Part shown: positions 13,051-26,969 of the stretch, in pieces
Numbering within the stretch: the stretch's first letter is position 1
Layout: each line of letters opens with the position of its first letter
Origin: Chiloscyllium plagiosum
Lineage: Eukaryota
Length of the DNA: 64,000 bases
Assembly (NCBI RefSeq): GCF_004010195.1
Contig: NC_057718.1
Location: forward strand, 41,375,803-41,439,802
Direction: 5' to 3'
Translations under genes and position numbers: made by a program
The notes under the pieces: model-generated
Seen by the model: the letters and a program-made list of their open reading frames with translations, nothing else
Told to the model about the DNA's origin: nothing
Databases searched by the model: none

Positions 13051-14773
13051 CTCTATAGTGGACAAAGAGTGAATAGGCATTGATGTGCCTGGCATAAGGG
13101 ACCATACATTGTAGGTGGGAGACATAATCTGGCTTGGGGTCAGGAGCAGGAATCTTTGAACTCATCTTTTGCAAGGTTTTCTCATGCAGACTGTGGTGTA
13201 TGAGGCCTTGGGTGTAGCGTGAGCCACAACATTTTGAAAAGCTGGCTTGATTCCATGAAAGTTGTGAAGGGCCATGTTATGACACCAGTCAGGTCAGGAT
13301 GCAGGCTCTGGCCTGAACTAGCCCACACCCTTAAAACTGAAACCCTGGGAATGGGATCAGGAATCCCAGAATCAGGATGCACCCACCGTTTTAACAACTC
13401 CTAAATCATTCCCACTTGGCAAACATCTCAGCCAAGATCAGCAGTTAACTGGCTACAATATGTCACATGATAAATAAGAAAAGAGAAAGGACATTTGATC
13501 CATGTTACTTTGAATTTCCAGAAAGAAATCTTTGCTGTGCATCTACACGTTCCTCAGTCGCTATCACTACCATAGTTATTATACGCTGGAGTGTCTGCAT
13601 GGAACAGAAATGATCTCTGATGCATTTGTGAAAGCTGAGGACAATGCCGGGTGCGTGGGCTCAAGTGTTCTGCTGTAATCTTACAGACAGCTGAATGCTC
13701 TATTATTTTCTGATTACAACATGCAAGACTGTCATTTCCATTCAAGTCCAAGCAACCATAAACATCCCCAATGAATTAGTCATTAATGTTTGAAAAGGAC
13801 TCTGGCTTTATGATTAATGGAATAAGAAATACAGTAGACTCATGGACATGGGCAATTGTTAAAGGCTTGACAGCCTTGATGTGGAAAACAGCCATGGCTC
13901 AAAACATTAGCTCTCTTGAGTGCTTGAGTTTTGGAAACTTAGCATTAAATTTAGCACACTGTCTGTTCTTATTTTTCATAAGGTCTGCCCTTGTAATATG
14001 TAGCTGTGCGATGGTTTTTTTTTCTCGTTGGCTGGTTCAAAAAGTGCTGGCTCTGTCTTTATTGCATAGTGTGCAAAGGACAACTGAGCCAAGATTAGAT
14101 CTACCAAATGACATTCACTGGTGAGGCCGTGTATGTAAATCTGGATACTCCATTGCAAATATAATTTGTCATCAAATTGTTTCTGGTTTTTACATTATGG
14201 ATTTATGGTTCTGTAAGATAAAGTTTTCTTTAAAAAATGTTCTAATAGTTCATAATTTTTGTATTATTGAGTCATCTTCTGTGATCATTTATTTACTTTA
14301 CATAAAAGCATTCATAATACTGAATGATACTAACTGAGAATGACTGCTGACAGTTTAAAACAATACAGATTTAATTAAACAATTAAAATATGTTAAAGAT
14401 CTTCCTGAATAAAACTTAATGCGTTACCAAACAGAGGATATAATTGAACCCAAATTATACCTCTTAAATCTAAGTCCATATGCTGGTAAATTGGAGATTC
14501 CTTTCATTGGTCCAATTCTGACTCCACCCCATGTATATAAAAAAAACACATACAAAAAGATGGGCCCACAAAGTATACAGTATTAAGCAGATTCTAAACA
14601 GGTTATTGAGAAACAGAAACATGTTATTGAGCCCATCCGTGCCATGATGATGTTGATGCTCTGTGTGAGAACCTCTTGCTCTTCTTCATCTAATCCCATG
14701 AACATTGGGCCACAGCCACATCACACAGTGAAAAAGCACTAAACTGCAATCATAAACCTCCTCAGATTAGTAA

Positions 14774-14982
14774 TGATTTGGAGGTGCCGGTATTGGACTG
14801 GGGTATGCAAAGTTAAAAGTCACACAACACTAGGTTATAGTTCAACAGGTTTATTTGGAAGCACTGGCTTTCAGAGCGCTGTTCCTTCATCCATAACCAC
14901 CAGCCGAAGGAGTAGCGCTCAAAAAGCTAGTGCTTCCAAATAAACCTGTTAGACCGTAATTTGTGTTGTGTGGTTTTTAACT
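14774..14982. mobile_element. Penelope-derived fold-back insert (family B)
   Basis: AAGTCACACAACACTAGGTTATAGTTCAACAGGTTTATTTGGAAGCAC is inverted against GTGCTTCCAAATAAACCTGTT...TGTTGTGTGGTTTTTAACT. Confidence 0.75.
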
Positions 14983-15804
14983 CAGAGTGATTCTTTAACT
15001 TCACCCACATTGTAACATACATTTCCTGGAATAGAAGTCTAAGATAATTCTTTTCCTCATTAACCCAATTATGTGAGACCCAAGCTGACATCAGCTTTGT
15101 GAATATCAAACAGAGATCGAGTCTACAACCTGTCTTACTGATACAATAATAAAATTCATGGTTTCAAGACACTGTGAAAAGTTTTTAAACAACCTTTCTT
15201 TTTAAATCACCCAGCATTTCTGCAGCAGAGAACATTTGATGTTTAAGTGCATTTCAGTTGAGTGCAGGATCTGATTTAGTCAAATAATAGTCTTTGACTC
15301 TCATGGGAATTCCAATAACTGGAGATTAACCATTTGGCTAAGGTACTCCTGACTTCCTGCTGCTAATGGAATTATATTCCAGCAAACGACACTAACATTT
15401 GGAGAGAAGTGCAACAGAATAAAATTATAGGAGGAAGGGAAGTTGCTAAATAAATGTTAGAGATGAAATAGTAAATGTACTTGAGGCAATTAGAGCACAC
15501 AGAATCATGAGCATTACATAGATATTCACCATTAGTGTTTGTCATTGGAACATTGAAGCCATGCACAACCTTTCTTTTAGCTTGGACTCCATCTTTGACT
15601 ATAAATAATGAACATTTAAATTGACATGTTTGATGATATACATAGAAATAATTCTACAAGCATTTTGGACAGGACTGAAATTTTGTTTCAGGAACAAGTC
15701 ACAAACATGAAGGACCTCTTTAGTATTATTCATATTCCAGGTAAATAGAAAAAGGCAGTACTTTAGGGTCAGAAAAGAATGGAAACAGCTTAAATTTGCA
15801 GCTG

Positions 15805-15954
15805 GGTTAGAGAGGTGCTGGAAAAGCACAGCAGTTCAGGCAGCATCCAAGGATTTTACTGCTCCTTGGATGCTGCCTGAACTGCTGTGCTTTTCCAGCA
15901 CCTCTCTAATCTAGACTCTAGTTTCCAGCATCTGCAGTCATTGTTTTTACCTAG
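15805..15954. mobile_element. Penelope-derived fold-back insert (family A variant)
   Basis: Inverted arms TGCTGGAAAAGCACAGCAGTTCAGGCAGCATCCAAGGA; exact 15-bp duplication TTAAATTTGCAGCTG at 15790-15804 and 15955-15969. Confidence 0.85.
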
Positions 15955-18522
15955 TTAAATTTGCAGCTGCCTGAACTGGGAATTCTTAATGCCGACACTG
16001 GATGCTAATCATGAGAAATAGCGCACTCCTCAGCACTAACATTCCTTGACAAGATGCTTTGTCACAGTCCTCATTTGGGCACATTGGAATGCATCTGAAT
16101 GGTTAAACACCAGGAGTTGTTTCCTTTTCATCATTTGTTGCAGTTACTTACACTTGATTACCCTTCCCACTTCAACTGCCATGAGAAACTACTTATGTAG
16201 TCCTATCTCTGAATTTAAGAAGACACTGGAAAATTTCATGAACACAAAAACTTTTAGAAGGTTATGTCAATGAAGTGTGATAAAATAGGGTGAAAGCAGT
16301 CTTATGTGAATTGCATGTATAGGCATAGACCTGTTGGGTGAATGTCCTGATCCTAGACTGAACATTCGATTGGAAAACTGGTACAGTATAATATGGTAAC
16401 ACAAATCCAGATCGTAAAAGGTTAAAAAGGTTTCATTGGCAGGCAATTTTAACTTGGCTGCAGATGTATAATGAGAAATCCAGATTCATTGTGTTCTTTG
16501 TTCAGCAGAAACTCATTCTGTGTTAAGTCTCGTACCTCTGGATTCTTTTTTAAAGCTCTGTAATGGCACTGGAACAGTCATGACAATCATTGGGGACATT
16601 TGCACTTATTACCTTTGTGCCCAGACTACCAACATGAACAGAGAGAAAGCTGTTCCCTTTAGAGTTTATTGTATATCTCAATGTCTGCAATATGAGGCCT
16701 CCTTTATGAGCAACATTTCTGCTTCTATTCTTTTTGAGGCATTTTGTGTGTATTATAATTTAGCACAGAAGGACAGAAAAAATGCATTAAAGCTGGGCTT
16801 CCTTATTTATGTTAAGAAGTGCTAATGGCATTTCTCAGTTTGAAAAAAAATTAAATGCATGAATGTGAACCATTCCTGTTTTGTTCCTTATTCTGTGAAG
16901 GCATATGATGATTTCTGAATGTAAACTGAACCTTATTTTGGAAAATGTAGTGGGACAACTGCTCTAATGCAATGTGTAAAAGCAATCCATTGGGGTTTGG
17001 GGAAAGAACAGAACACATAAAAAAAATCGCACAGCCAAAATTGCACCCAAGGGCATTCATGGGAGTGTAAGCTTGCAACCATATTGCTGGCTTTCAATAT
17101 TTCAGGTTCTCTCTTTCAAAAAAAAATGAAAATGCTACAGCGGGTTGTTGATTATTTTTGATCACAGCCTTTGAGACTCTCACATTTCTGGCAATGAAAG
17201 GTTCCCTTGTTAAAGCATTGTCCTGTAACTTGTTTTGAAAAGAATGACAGGAGCCGAGGCGATTAGTGTTTATACAGAGAAATTTCATAATCTCTCCTCC
17301 ATCTAACCTCTTTCAGATATGCTCATAAATCATAATGCAAGTAAAATATGAATCGGGCATTCCTGCCCTCCAGAAACCCTTCCCTAAATACCAATGTGCT
17401 GTGCGGTACGGCACTCCCAACTTGTCAAAAAACTTTAAAATATAGTTGGCACAAAACATAGGAATTCTTTGTTAATGTCAAATCTTTATACAGCTTTAAT
17501 TTGCTGTTACATGAACCTTCTTTTGCTATTATCTGCATTCTGCATCAAGAATGTTGCTAAGCCAGCAATGCAGAATGGAAGCATATGCTTTTGCAGGGCA
17601 TGTACGTAAATAGCTTCTCTTTCTGGTGAAAGCAGTCATGGCAAGCTACTAGATTATATTTCATTTATTATTGTCTCTGTACCTTAACCCCTTTGCAACC
17701 TGAACATTTTACAATGCACTCCTGTGGTTCTTTATTCCTCACCTTTCTGTTTTCTAACTGAAGCTTCTTAAGGATCAGTACTGTGAACACATGCTTAGTT
17801 TGACTTTTTGAGTTCAGTGTTATGAAAACACATGCATAGCACTTATAATCAGAAATAATCTGGAGGCAGGAGGTGAGGGGGAGTTGAGGTAACCCTCTGT
17901 AACAGGCAGTCTGCATTCAAGGTTTGTATATAAAAGCTTAAGCAGAAATTTGTGCATTCTGGAGTTATCAAGAAAATAAATTTTACAGACAAGTAATAAG
18001 CCACTTTTACTGCACAGTTTATATTTTGGCTTTACAGTAATTCAAATGTGCTGTCCAATCAAAGCCAAACTAATTTCAGTTTGGATTTTGAATTTTATAA
18101 ATGAGGTGACCATGCCGAGGTCAACTCACATTCAAACTAGCTTTACCGTAACTCAAACCAGGGTAAAGCAAGTATTGGATACAAAGTTTGAAAACTATCT
18201 CAGACAATATGCTGAACCAGCTTCACGTTTAACTGTCAGCCCTTTGATAACGGAAACAAAATCACTGATCTCACACATTACTGACAGAATTTTCACTTTG
18301 TTAGAAGAGCTCTGGGCCTTTGCCAGAATCAACCCAGATCTGGAAAATCAGTCCTTGAACTGCATACCCAACATTTTTATGGATGGTGTGAGCGTAAGGA
18401 GGAATTGGGATGAGGAGGCATTTCATGTGTACATACTTCATGGAAGCAGCAGCATATTTAAAGGTGCAGCCAACTTCAAATAGGAACAGTTTTCAGAGTT
18501 GGGATCTACTTGGTATTTTCTT

Positions 18523-18890
18523 GGAGAAAGTGAGGACTGCAGATGCTGGAGATCAGAGCTGAAAATGTGTTGCTGGAAAAGCGCAGCAGGTCAGGAAGCA
18601 TCCAAGGAGCAGGAGAATCAAACTCAGCACCACCTTCCTAACCTGCAATCTTCTTCCTGACCTCTCCGCCCCCACCCCCACTCCGGCCTATCACCCTCAC
18701 CTTAACCTCCTTCCACCTATCGCATTTCCAATGCCCGTCCCCCAAGTCCCTCCTCCCTCCCTTTTATCTTAGCCTGCTTGGCACACTCTCCTCATTCCTG
18801 AAGAAGGGCTTATGCCCGAAACGTCGATTCTCCTGCTCCTTGGATGCTGCCTGACCTGCTGCGCTTTTCCAGCAACACATTTTCAGCTCT
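18523..18890. mobile_element. Young Penelope-derived fold-back insert (family A)
   Basis: 18556-18619 is a near-perfect inverted copy of 18826-18890; CpGs retained; TCTACTTGGTA repeated at 18505-18515 and 18888-18898. Confidence 0.85.
18794..18830 (+). ncRNA. Minimal type I hammerhead ribozyme motif, core intact
   Basis: CTGAAGA(18798-18804)-A-GGGC/TTAT/GCCC stem II-GAAA(18818-18821)-CGTC; palindromic ACGT helix III; predicted cleavage after C18825; helix I is weak (TC/GA plus a mismatch). Confidence 0.7.
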
Positions 18891-18989
18891 ACTTGGTACT
18901 TATCAATGACAGAAAAGGTCTAAACCTACTCGATTTCTTTGCGAGAGGTCAGATGCACCTTCAAGATTATTAGGAGTAGCCCGATATGC

Positions 18990-19675
18990 AGAAAAAGTCA
19001 CAAGAAATGCCAGTATGAAGGGAAAACAACTTTTACATTGTCTGAGAGGAGGGTGATGATGATTGATTCACAATTTGACTATGATTGGTAGACACATTAC
19101 CATAGATAACACAACAGGCAACTACAGTTAAATGTGCTAAACTTGTCAAATTTTAATAAGCAATGTGTTGTCTATTTCCAATCAATGCACTTGCAAATCT
19201 CACAAAACAGCGTCTAAAGTTAGATATGATTCCACAATTGGACAGCATTTTCTAAATAGTCCTGAGTGTGCAAAGACTTATGCTGATAACCAATTTAGGA
19301 TTGTCAGTTAGGCTCACAGTTTTGTGCACTTGCATGTACGGAAGCTACACATAGTAAAGCAAAGGGCCCTGATCTTTAGAGTCAGTAAAAGTATGAACAC
19401 ACATTGTCACTGTTTCAACTCACTTTAACAGGTGACAGCCATTCTCTGGTTCATTCCTCGGGGCAATGCCTTGAACAATCAGAGTTAGGCTGCCTAGTTT
19501 AAAGGCAAATAAAGCCCAACAATTAACTGTAAATCATCCTTAACTAGTGCATTCTCCATGCCAATGTCTCTACCAATCAGAGGCTACTTACCAACCAGTC
19601 AACTCTCTACTGTCAGACAGTATAAGTATTATTTCCCCTGTACTTTGTATATTCTGCAAAATCTGCTGATGATTG
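18990..19675. repeat. Old diverged inverted repeat, probably Penelope-type
   Basis: ~19015-19115 (GGGAAAACAACTTTTAC...TGATTGGTAGACACATTACCAT) is an inverted match to ~19545-19645 (ATGCCAATGTCTCTACCAATCA...GTATAAGTATTATTTCCC). Confidence 0.5.
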
Positions 19676-20265
19676 TGTAGCAATGCTGCTCTTTTAACAA
19701 AGTTATGTTGTTCCTGTTTTTTTCAGAGGGGTGATAAACACAGATGTTCTAATATGTCCGGGTTTATCTACTTGAAGAAGCTTTTAAGTTTTTTAAAAGA
19801 ACACTTGTACAATGAAAGGGGAGTTGCCAGTTCTCCCAGTTGGGGTCTGGTTTGTTTTGGTTTTAGCAGTCTAGTTGTACAGAGCTGCTGGTCAGTTTCT
19901 GAGGCTGCTGCTCAAAGAAACAGCTCCATGTTGATCCGCGCTCTCTGACATCTGTCCTGTAAGAACCTGTGTTTGAATTTACCTTTTTGTCAAGCGGTGT
20001 TTATGGAATGTTGCAGGTATTTGGAACAGCATCATTAAGTTGTGTTTTCATGTCGAATGGGCTTTCAGACAAGTTATTTTATTTTATATTCTGTTCTCTT
20101 TTGTTCACCTGTAAATAAATTCTGTTTTGTTTAAAAATGACTGGTTGGGCCAGCTGCATCACATCTGGAATATCCATTGTACACCTATTCAAAAACAACT
20201 AGAAACGTTAGGGTCTGGGCTACCTTCTTCAAATATCTGGAGGGGGTCTGGCCTGGTCCATAACA
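19676..20265 (+). mobile_element. Solo LTR (Gypsy-like)
   Basis: TGTAG...TAACA termini, 4-bp target duplication ATTG (19672-19675 and 20266-20269), internal AATAAA at ~20114. Confidence 0.85.
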
Positions 20266-23200
20266 ATTGCAAGATGAAAAGCTTCAACAAAATTTTGGAT
20301 ATAAATGTGTGGAATGGATTTTTATGACTTTTAAAAATGTAATGTAGTCTGTAATAGGTTTACTTTATATCTTCTCAGCATAACTTCTGGGTTCAGCCAT
20401 GGTGGATATTGGGTGAGTTCAAATGGAAGGTGATACAGGTTGGTATAAGTCAATGGTGTTGGATTGGGGCTATAAAGAACCATGGTGATGGGATGGGGAG
20501 GTTCACTGAGTTGCATAAATTGGCACCAAATTCACATTGGGTCAATAAAGGCCAAAATCATGAGTTGATATGGAGAGTTGTGGTTTTTAGCATATGAGTA
20601 GAGTGGCTTAGGATATGTATGACTACTGTCAGATAGATAGAGTGGTGTAATTTGACAGAGGGGTGTGCAGAGGGGTGTAGGCTTTGTGGAGGATAAGAGG
20701 TGGCATGAGGGGTGGGGTTACAAAGTGCATGACTTGGTACGGATAAGGCAGGGTGAGATTGTGGAGGAGTGGAGATGAAGCCTAGAGGCCACTTTTTATT
20801 CTTTTACAGTTTCTATATAAGTGAGATGAATTCCCATGGTAGCAGGCAGCCCTTTTAAGCAGCTCACTTCTGCACTTGGCAGCCTCTATGGATGCCTCCA
20901 CCTTGATTTCAGGAGTGGCAGATCTGACTTCAGTCAACACCAGTCAAGAATTTTTTCCGACACTGGGTAATTGACTTGAGAGCGAAAATTGATCACCTAG
21001 GTTAAAGAACTCTGTTTTCCACCAATTGTGAGAAATGTGAGTAGACAGTCTAGCTCAGTACAGCAGCACACACTGTTCAAAAACAAGTTCTAGCATCACA
21101 TATGAAGTACAAAAAGCTGTATGATGTCTTGAAATTCAGATGAAGTTGGCTGTAATTTCTAACCCTGTGTGAAGCCTCAAATCCCTGGTACAGTTTAGTA
21201 GCATTGAAATAGTTTTGCAACGTGCAGTTCTTTACTGAAGAAGAAACAGCTCACTTATAGACTATTTTGGATAATGTGACAAACACAGGGATATGCAGAA
21301 CAGTTTCCCAATTTTGTTTTTAAAACACCTAGCAAATATTGAATTAAAACCAAAAAATATGAAGAACTCTTACAACACAACAGAGAGGAAATGGGGAAGA
21401 CGTGCTCCATTTAATCAGTGGCTGTTTTAACAGTGGGGCCAATATGGGGAGGGGACTTAGAAATGAATTTAAACCTGAATACCATATGCCCCATAGACAA
21501 AAGAAGCCTGCATTATACTCTACTGAACATGCATTGTGTTCACCCAAGAAAAACAATGCTGTTCTATCAAAAACTGACAATCGCAACAACACATGTAATC
21601 CTATATGATTAGGTTCAAGCATTGATCATGTCAAATTATCAATATGTTTAAGTTGACAATTAGAGAAAAGCCTTCTTTTTTACCTTGACAGCAGGAATTT
21701 AGAAATCTCAAACAAAGTTTCAAATGGATTTTTAAAAAAAATGCATTTAAAATTGAATGCTTCAAGCCAGAAAAGTATATTGACTGGGATAAGTGGACTA
21801 TGCAATACCTTTCCTTAAAATATGTCTTTATTTCCAGTTTTGTTGGTCACTATAGTGTATGCAATTCTTACATTGTTTGAATATTGCTTAGTTATCCAGT
21901 TGCTTTTGATGATAGTGAGATGAATCAATATTATTATAGTTCAGAATGAGATGAAATTCATGAATTTGTTCCCTTGATGTTAAATGGAGGAATCAAACAA
22001 CTAGGACGTACCATCATCAATCCCCTGATGGCAAAATGACAACAAAGGAAAGGTTGAGATTCTGCAATGGACTTTAATGTCAATGGATTTGCAAGGGGAA
22101 TACTGATCAAAATACACGTGGTCAACAGTACATCAAGTTCCACCCTTATCTCCTAATGCCCCACTTTCTAGAAAGCATAGGTATGTGGAGATGAAATGAG
22201 AACTATATATGTTATAATCTATGGTTATTTACTTTAATCACACCAACTGACTTAAGCATACATATTTTAGAAAGCATACATGGTCAGTCACTGGAGAGTG
22301 TCTCCACTGTGAAACCATATCAGAACATAAATTAGTGCTTTCAAGAAGGGGAGATTAAAAAAGAGGAAAACTAATCATCAGATGCTATGAAAATCTTAAA
22401 ACGTTATCAATTCCAGAAAAGAACAACAATATTTTCAGTGTCACAGCTCAAACAGTAGCTAACACTTTCCCTTGCCTTAAGATTGCAGCTGCAGAGTATT
22501 CAGATAATGCAAACTGATCCCCACTCTCATACACCCCTCACAAAGCAGATCATTTACCATCTGTACATAAAGTCAGTACATATCAGCTTGTGCTTTGACA
22601 TAATGCTCTCCTCTACAGAAATTACACAAAGGGATAACTGTTTAAAAAATGCAATAATGTATTAAAAGTATTTGTCTCACAGAAAATAGCTCATGATATA
22701 GAGTACTACATCCTTGTGAGCAGTATGTATGTAATTTTTAAGTATTGTATCCTTTTTATTCAATCAATTACTCTTGGTACAACAGACATCTATTATTTTT
22801 AGAGAGAAGCATAGAACTGAACCTGAAATCCAAGCTCAAACAAGTCTCTAGAGTCCACCTGAACCAAACCAAATCCCAACATTTACTGATTTGCTGGTTC
22901 AGTTGAGTTCTTGCCCAAATGCAACTGCTTATGCACACGAATTCATGAAATGTGAGCTTTTCCTTTTGTTGATCTTTGCAAAAACCTAATTTTGATTGTC
23001 AAGCAAAATATGGCTGCATGTGTCCTTGTGAACAAGTCATGCTTCTTTAGATCTGAAGGAATTTTGTTCTATAACTTCAACTTAGGAATGTATTTGGCTG
23101 GATGCAAGGCTGTTGGAAACAGAGCAGTCATTTGAATGGAGCCCAAGATATTCATCCATAGTTATGAGCAATAACAACATAATGATATGTTGTACTACAG

Positions 23201-24494
23201 AACGTGTATAGTAATTGAGGGTTAAGACCACAGATTGAGTACATCAATTAATCAGTACAGTTCTAATACGCAACTGCTGTTCAATTTTACCTTCAAGCCA
23301 TTGAGGAAAACAGTTCCTCTGGTATAGAAAGTAGTCACTAATTTTGTCTTTTGAAATTATACTCACTCCAGCAAGAGTTTGTGTAATACAGAGGCTTAGA
23401 TATCTATGGAGTCTTAGCTATGAGATAAATTATAAGAAATAATGCATCCATTTATATTCACATGTATCCATTTATATAGAGCTCTTCATAGATTTCATTT
23501 AACATCTATGAATGTGTTATATACTTTAAAGCAAACTGACTTAACCTTGTTCCAAGAGACAAAATGTGGTAGTTCTGGTCCAGGTTAAACTGTAGCAGCA
23601 GCTATGCCCATGTCACCAATGCCAGCAGACTGAAAAAGGGCAATAAAAAGGTGATCAGAGTGCCAGATTTATCTATGCATTTTCAACTATCATAATCTTA
23701 ACTCCACAGACACTGTGAAAAGACCACATCTTTTTGTTTTGTATTTTAGATTATGGAATAAAATGGGAAGAATACATTTTAAATCAATTCTACGGAAGGA
23801 ACTGCTACACTTTTAGAAATAAGCTGTTGGAACTCATTGTGAGTTACACTGTTGCTTTGTGCAAGCAGTGGTGGTAGAAATCGAAGACGTCATGGCATTG
23901 GAGGTATCTGTTCAGAATGAGCTGGACCCAGCAACAGATCATTAGCTTGTGCATTTGAAACTAGTTATAGATGCCGAAAGTCACCAGTATGATGTCTACT
24001 CTCTGACTGTGTCCTGGAAAGGGGAACAGCTTGTGTATTGACAATGCAGTGGGAGAAGTCTCTGACTGCAGAAAAGATAAGGATTTTCTCTCTCTCTCTT
24101 TCTCTCTGCCTGTGCAGTGTAGTACCCAAAATCTTTGAGATAGCTACATGCTCACTGCCACCAGTTGCTGTAATTCATTTTCTCTAACTCAGGATTGAAA
24201 GACTTCACAATTAGTGAGCCAACAGTCCAGAGTTTTTCACAAAGCACTGAAAGACTTTGGAAATCTGAAAGTAAACATCTTTGGGAACAAAAGGTCTTGA
24301 GAAGCAAAAGGGACATGTTATTGGTTCCTGTGGACTGGTGCTATTGAATTATGCTTCCCAGGACATTTCCCTCCATCCTTAATACCCAGGTTTATTATTT
24401 ATCTGTGGCTGTCTGTATACATTTAGATTTTGTTAAGCCTCGCTGGACTAGTGTGCTTACAAATAATACCTGTTTTTCCCAAAGTCATCATAAA

Positions 24495-25263
24495 AGTTAT
24501 GGATTTTAAGGAATTCTCCTGACATTCAGATCCAGATCAAAAGAAAGCATGGACCAGGTTTCTGTACTTACAAGAATTACTATTTTTTGCAAGTAAACAA
24601 ACTTTAGCTAGAAATAAACAGTTATGAACCATTAACATATAACTCCATTAGTTAAAATTTATAAACAGACTGGAAATAAACATGGGTGTTATAGATGGAG
24701 TGAAAATTGAGAAAGCAATTCAGTGGTCTCAGTTCATAGATAGTTCTTGTATTAGTCAGAACACTTCTTCTCAGTCTTTCTTCTCTGGATGATTTAACTG
24801 GTTTGCAAGAGGCACAAAGTGCCTGCTTACTTATTATATTAAAATCACAGCTTACAACAACTGCTAAAGAAAAAATAAATTGACTTTCTTCAATTTTCTA
24901 ATGGCATTTACTGCAGAGAACAGAGAAAATCTCCGAAATGGTGGAAGTCTGTCGGCTGCTCACTACCTTTTCACAGCCCCAAGCGGTTCAGCTCTCCGAT
25001 AACCAATCACGTAGTTTTTGGCAGGCAGAGGGCTTTGTTATCAACAACTGGTCAATGGTGTATAGACCAATCAGCTACCTGTTGCCAGCTGAATCTCCAT
25101 TTACACAATCCCTGGCTGAAAACTACACTTGAATTACTATTTGAACAAGCAGCTATATAAATGGTACTCACAATAAATGTCAGGCTGCTTGCTTTTAAAA
25201 ACTGCAGTGATACTTCAGCAATCCTTGGCTTTTAAAACAGTTATTTTACCATTTCAGACCACA
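24495..25263 (-). mobile_element. Probable solo LTR
   Basis: Reverse complement runs TGTGGTCTG...TCCATAAC(T), an end similar to the 19676 LTR; no target duplication found. Confidence 0.4.
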
Positions 25264-26969
25264 ATTTAATATATTTAAATATAAAAAGGCATAGTCTTTA
25301 GAGTTTAAAAAGGGATTTAGATTTTTAACTAGCAGAATGACGTTGATAATTCTTGTTTTTTTTTGTTAGGCTGTGGTTGGAACTGATTTATTTTTGTAAA
25401 TAGCAATTTCTTATTAAATCCAGGAAATAGGTTAGTGTTTTCTGTTAACCTAAGTCAATCAGACAGGTAAATTTCATACTTTGAGTACTTTGATTTAATG
25501 TTTAACTATTTTGATGACCCCAGGAATAGTGATGTTTGAGCAGCAGGCACTTTTTCTCAAGTGGATCGTGATAGCAGTTACGTTGTCAGCTTTGATCAGG
25601 AATGCCAACACAATGTAAGCCTGAGAGTTTCAACACTCCTATATTGTAGTGAAAGCTATAGTACTGTTCTTCATTTATCCTGTTCCCATAGGGCATTTTA
25701 AATGCTAAAACTATTCAACTAGCCCAAGGCACTCTTTCGAAGATGGCAATCCAACAATAAGCCTGATATTTCCAAAATAACTAGGTTTTTTTGCATAATT
25801 ACAGCCCTTGAAAACATTAATTTTTTTGTGAGAATGTTCACAAGCCTGTAAAGCTCAGCAACTATGAACACATTTCTTCATGTTGATTCTGAAGTCTTTG
25901 GCAGACTTCATGTACTATGTGGGCATAACATGCAATTACCAGCCGATGGGACTCTCGTAATGTATTAGAAATAATGTAGTGTTCAAATTACTGCAGCTCA
26001 CTTACCATGTGACCGTGACATTGAAACACATTTTGAAAAGAAATGTAGTTTTGACTTCAGTGCCAATATATACATGGGGCCAAGGCCCCTGACTTTTTAA
26101 CATCTGAAAGTAAGTTTGTTATGCATCAACTGTTCCTATAGCTAATGCCAAACAAACTTGGCATGGGCCATAAACATAAACCCGTGTCCGAGAAATTTTT
26201 ACTTTTTTTGTAATCGGCTGTTAGTCCACTGGAGTTTTAGTATTATTAGCTATGGCAGGTAAGTAATTCTTTGATTTGAAAAGCTCCTATACACAACTCT
26301 ATATTTGAGTGTTAAGCATTTAGCCAATACAGGCTCTGTCCAAAGAGAATAGTCATTGCACTGAGTATAGGCGAGACTTGGTAAAGCAATTAAATCCCTG
26401 AAAATAAACTAGAAATGAGACTTTGAGAAGTTAGTTGACATTCTGATATGTTAACTACAGGAGAAAGTACATGTATAGGCTTCTGAGCTTAGCAGAAGAT
26501 ATTACAGAGATGAATGTGTTGCATTTACCTGTAGAAACGTCCCACAATTGAATCATATTTATTTATCGATTACTTTAAGGAGGGTTTAAACAAACCTGGT
26601 TAGAGTCATAGAGATGTACAGCACAGAGCAGACCCTTTGGTCCTACTCATCCATGCCAGCATGTATTTTCACATACATACACGAAGCATTGGTTTGGTTC
26701 AGTGTTTTCCTGAGGATGAGAAAGATACTGTACAAATGTCTGATTTCTTTAATCCTCATTTCATCCTTCACCCAAAATGTTATAAAGTTGAATTTTTTGT
26801 AACTTTTTTTAACATTAATTCAAATACTGTAAATGCAAAGGCAACACTCTTGCTATTCCTCCTCCCCACACCACAACTTCCCTTGTCACGCAGCATTGCA
26901 TTGTTTGTATCAGTCCAAGTTCACAGTGTCCTCAAGTTGTTCCCTATTGCCAGTACTGTCAAGTACATT

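Noticed and set aside
18046..18483. 145-aa ORF
   Set aside because: No recognisable motif or convincing splice signals; compatible with chance
26251..26264. Perfect plus-strand donor CAG|GTAAGT
   Set aside because: Roughly one such 9-mer is expected by chance on two strands of 64 kb; no partner exon evidence
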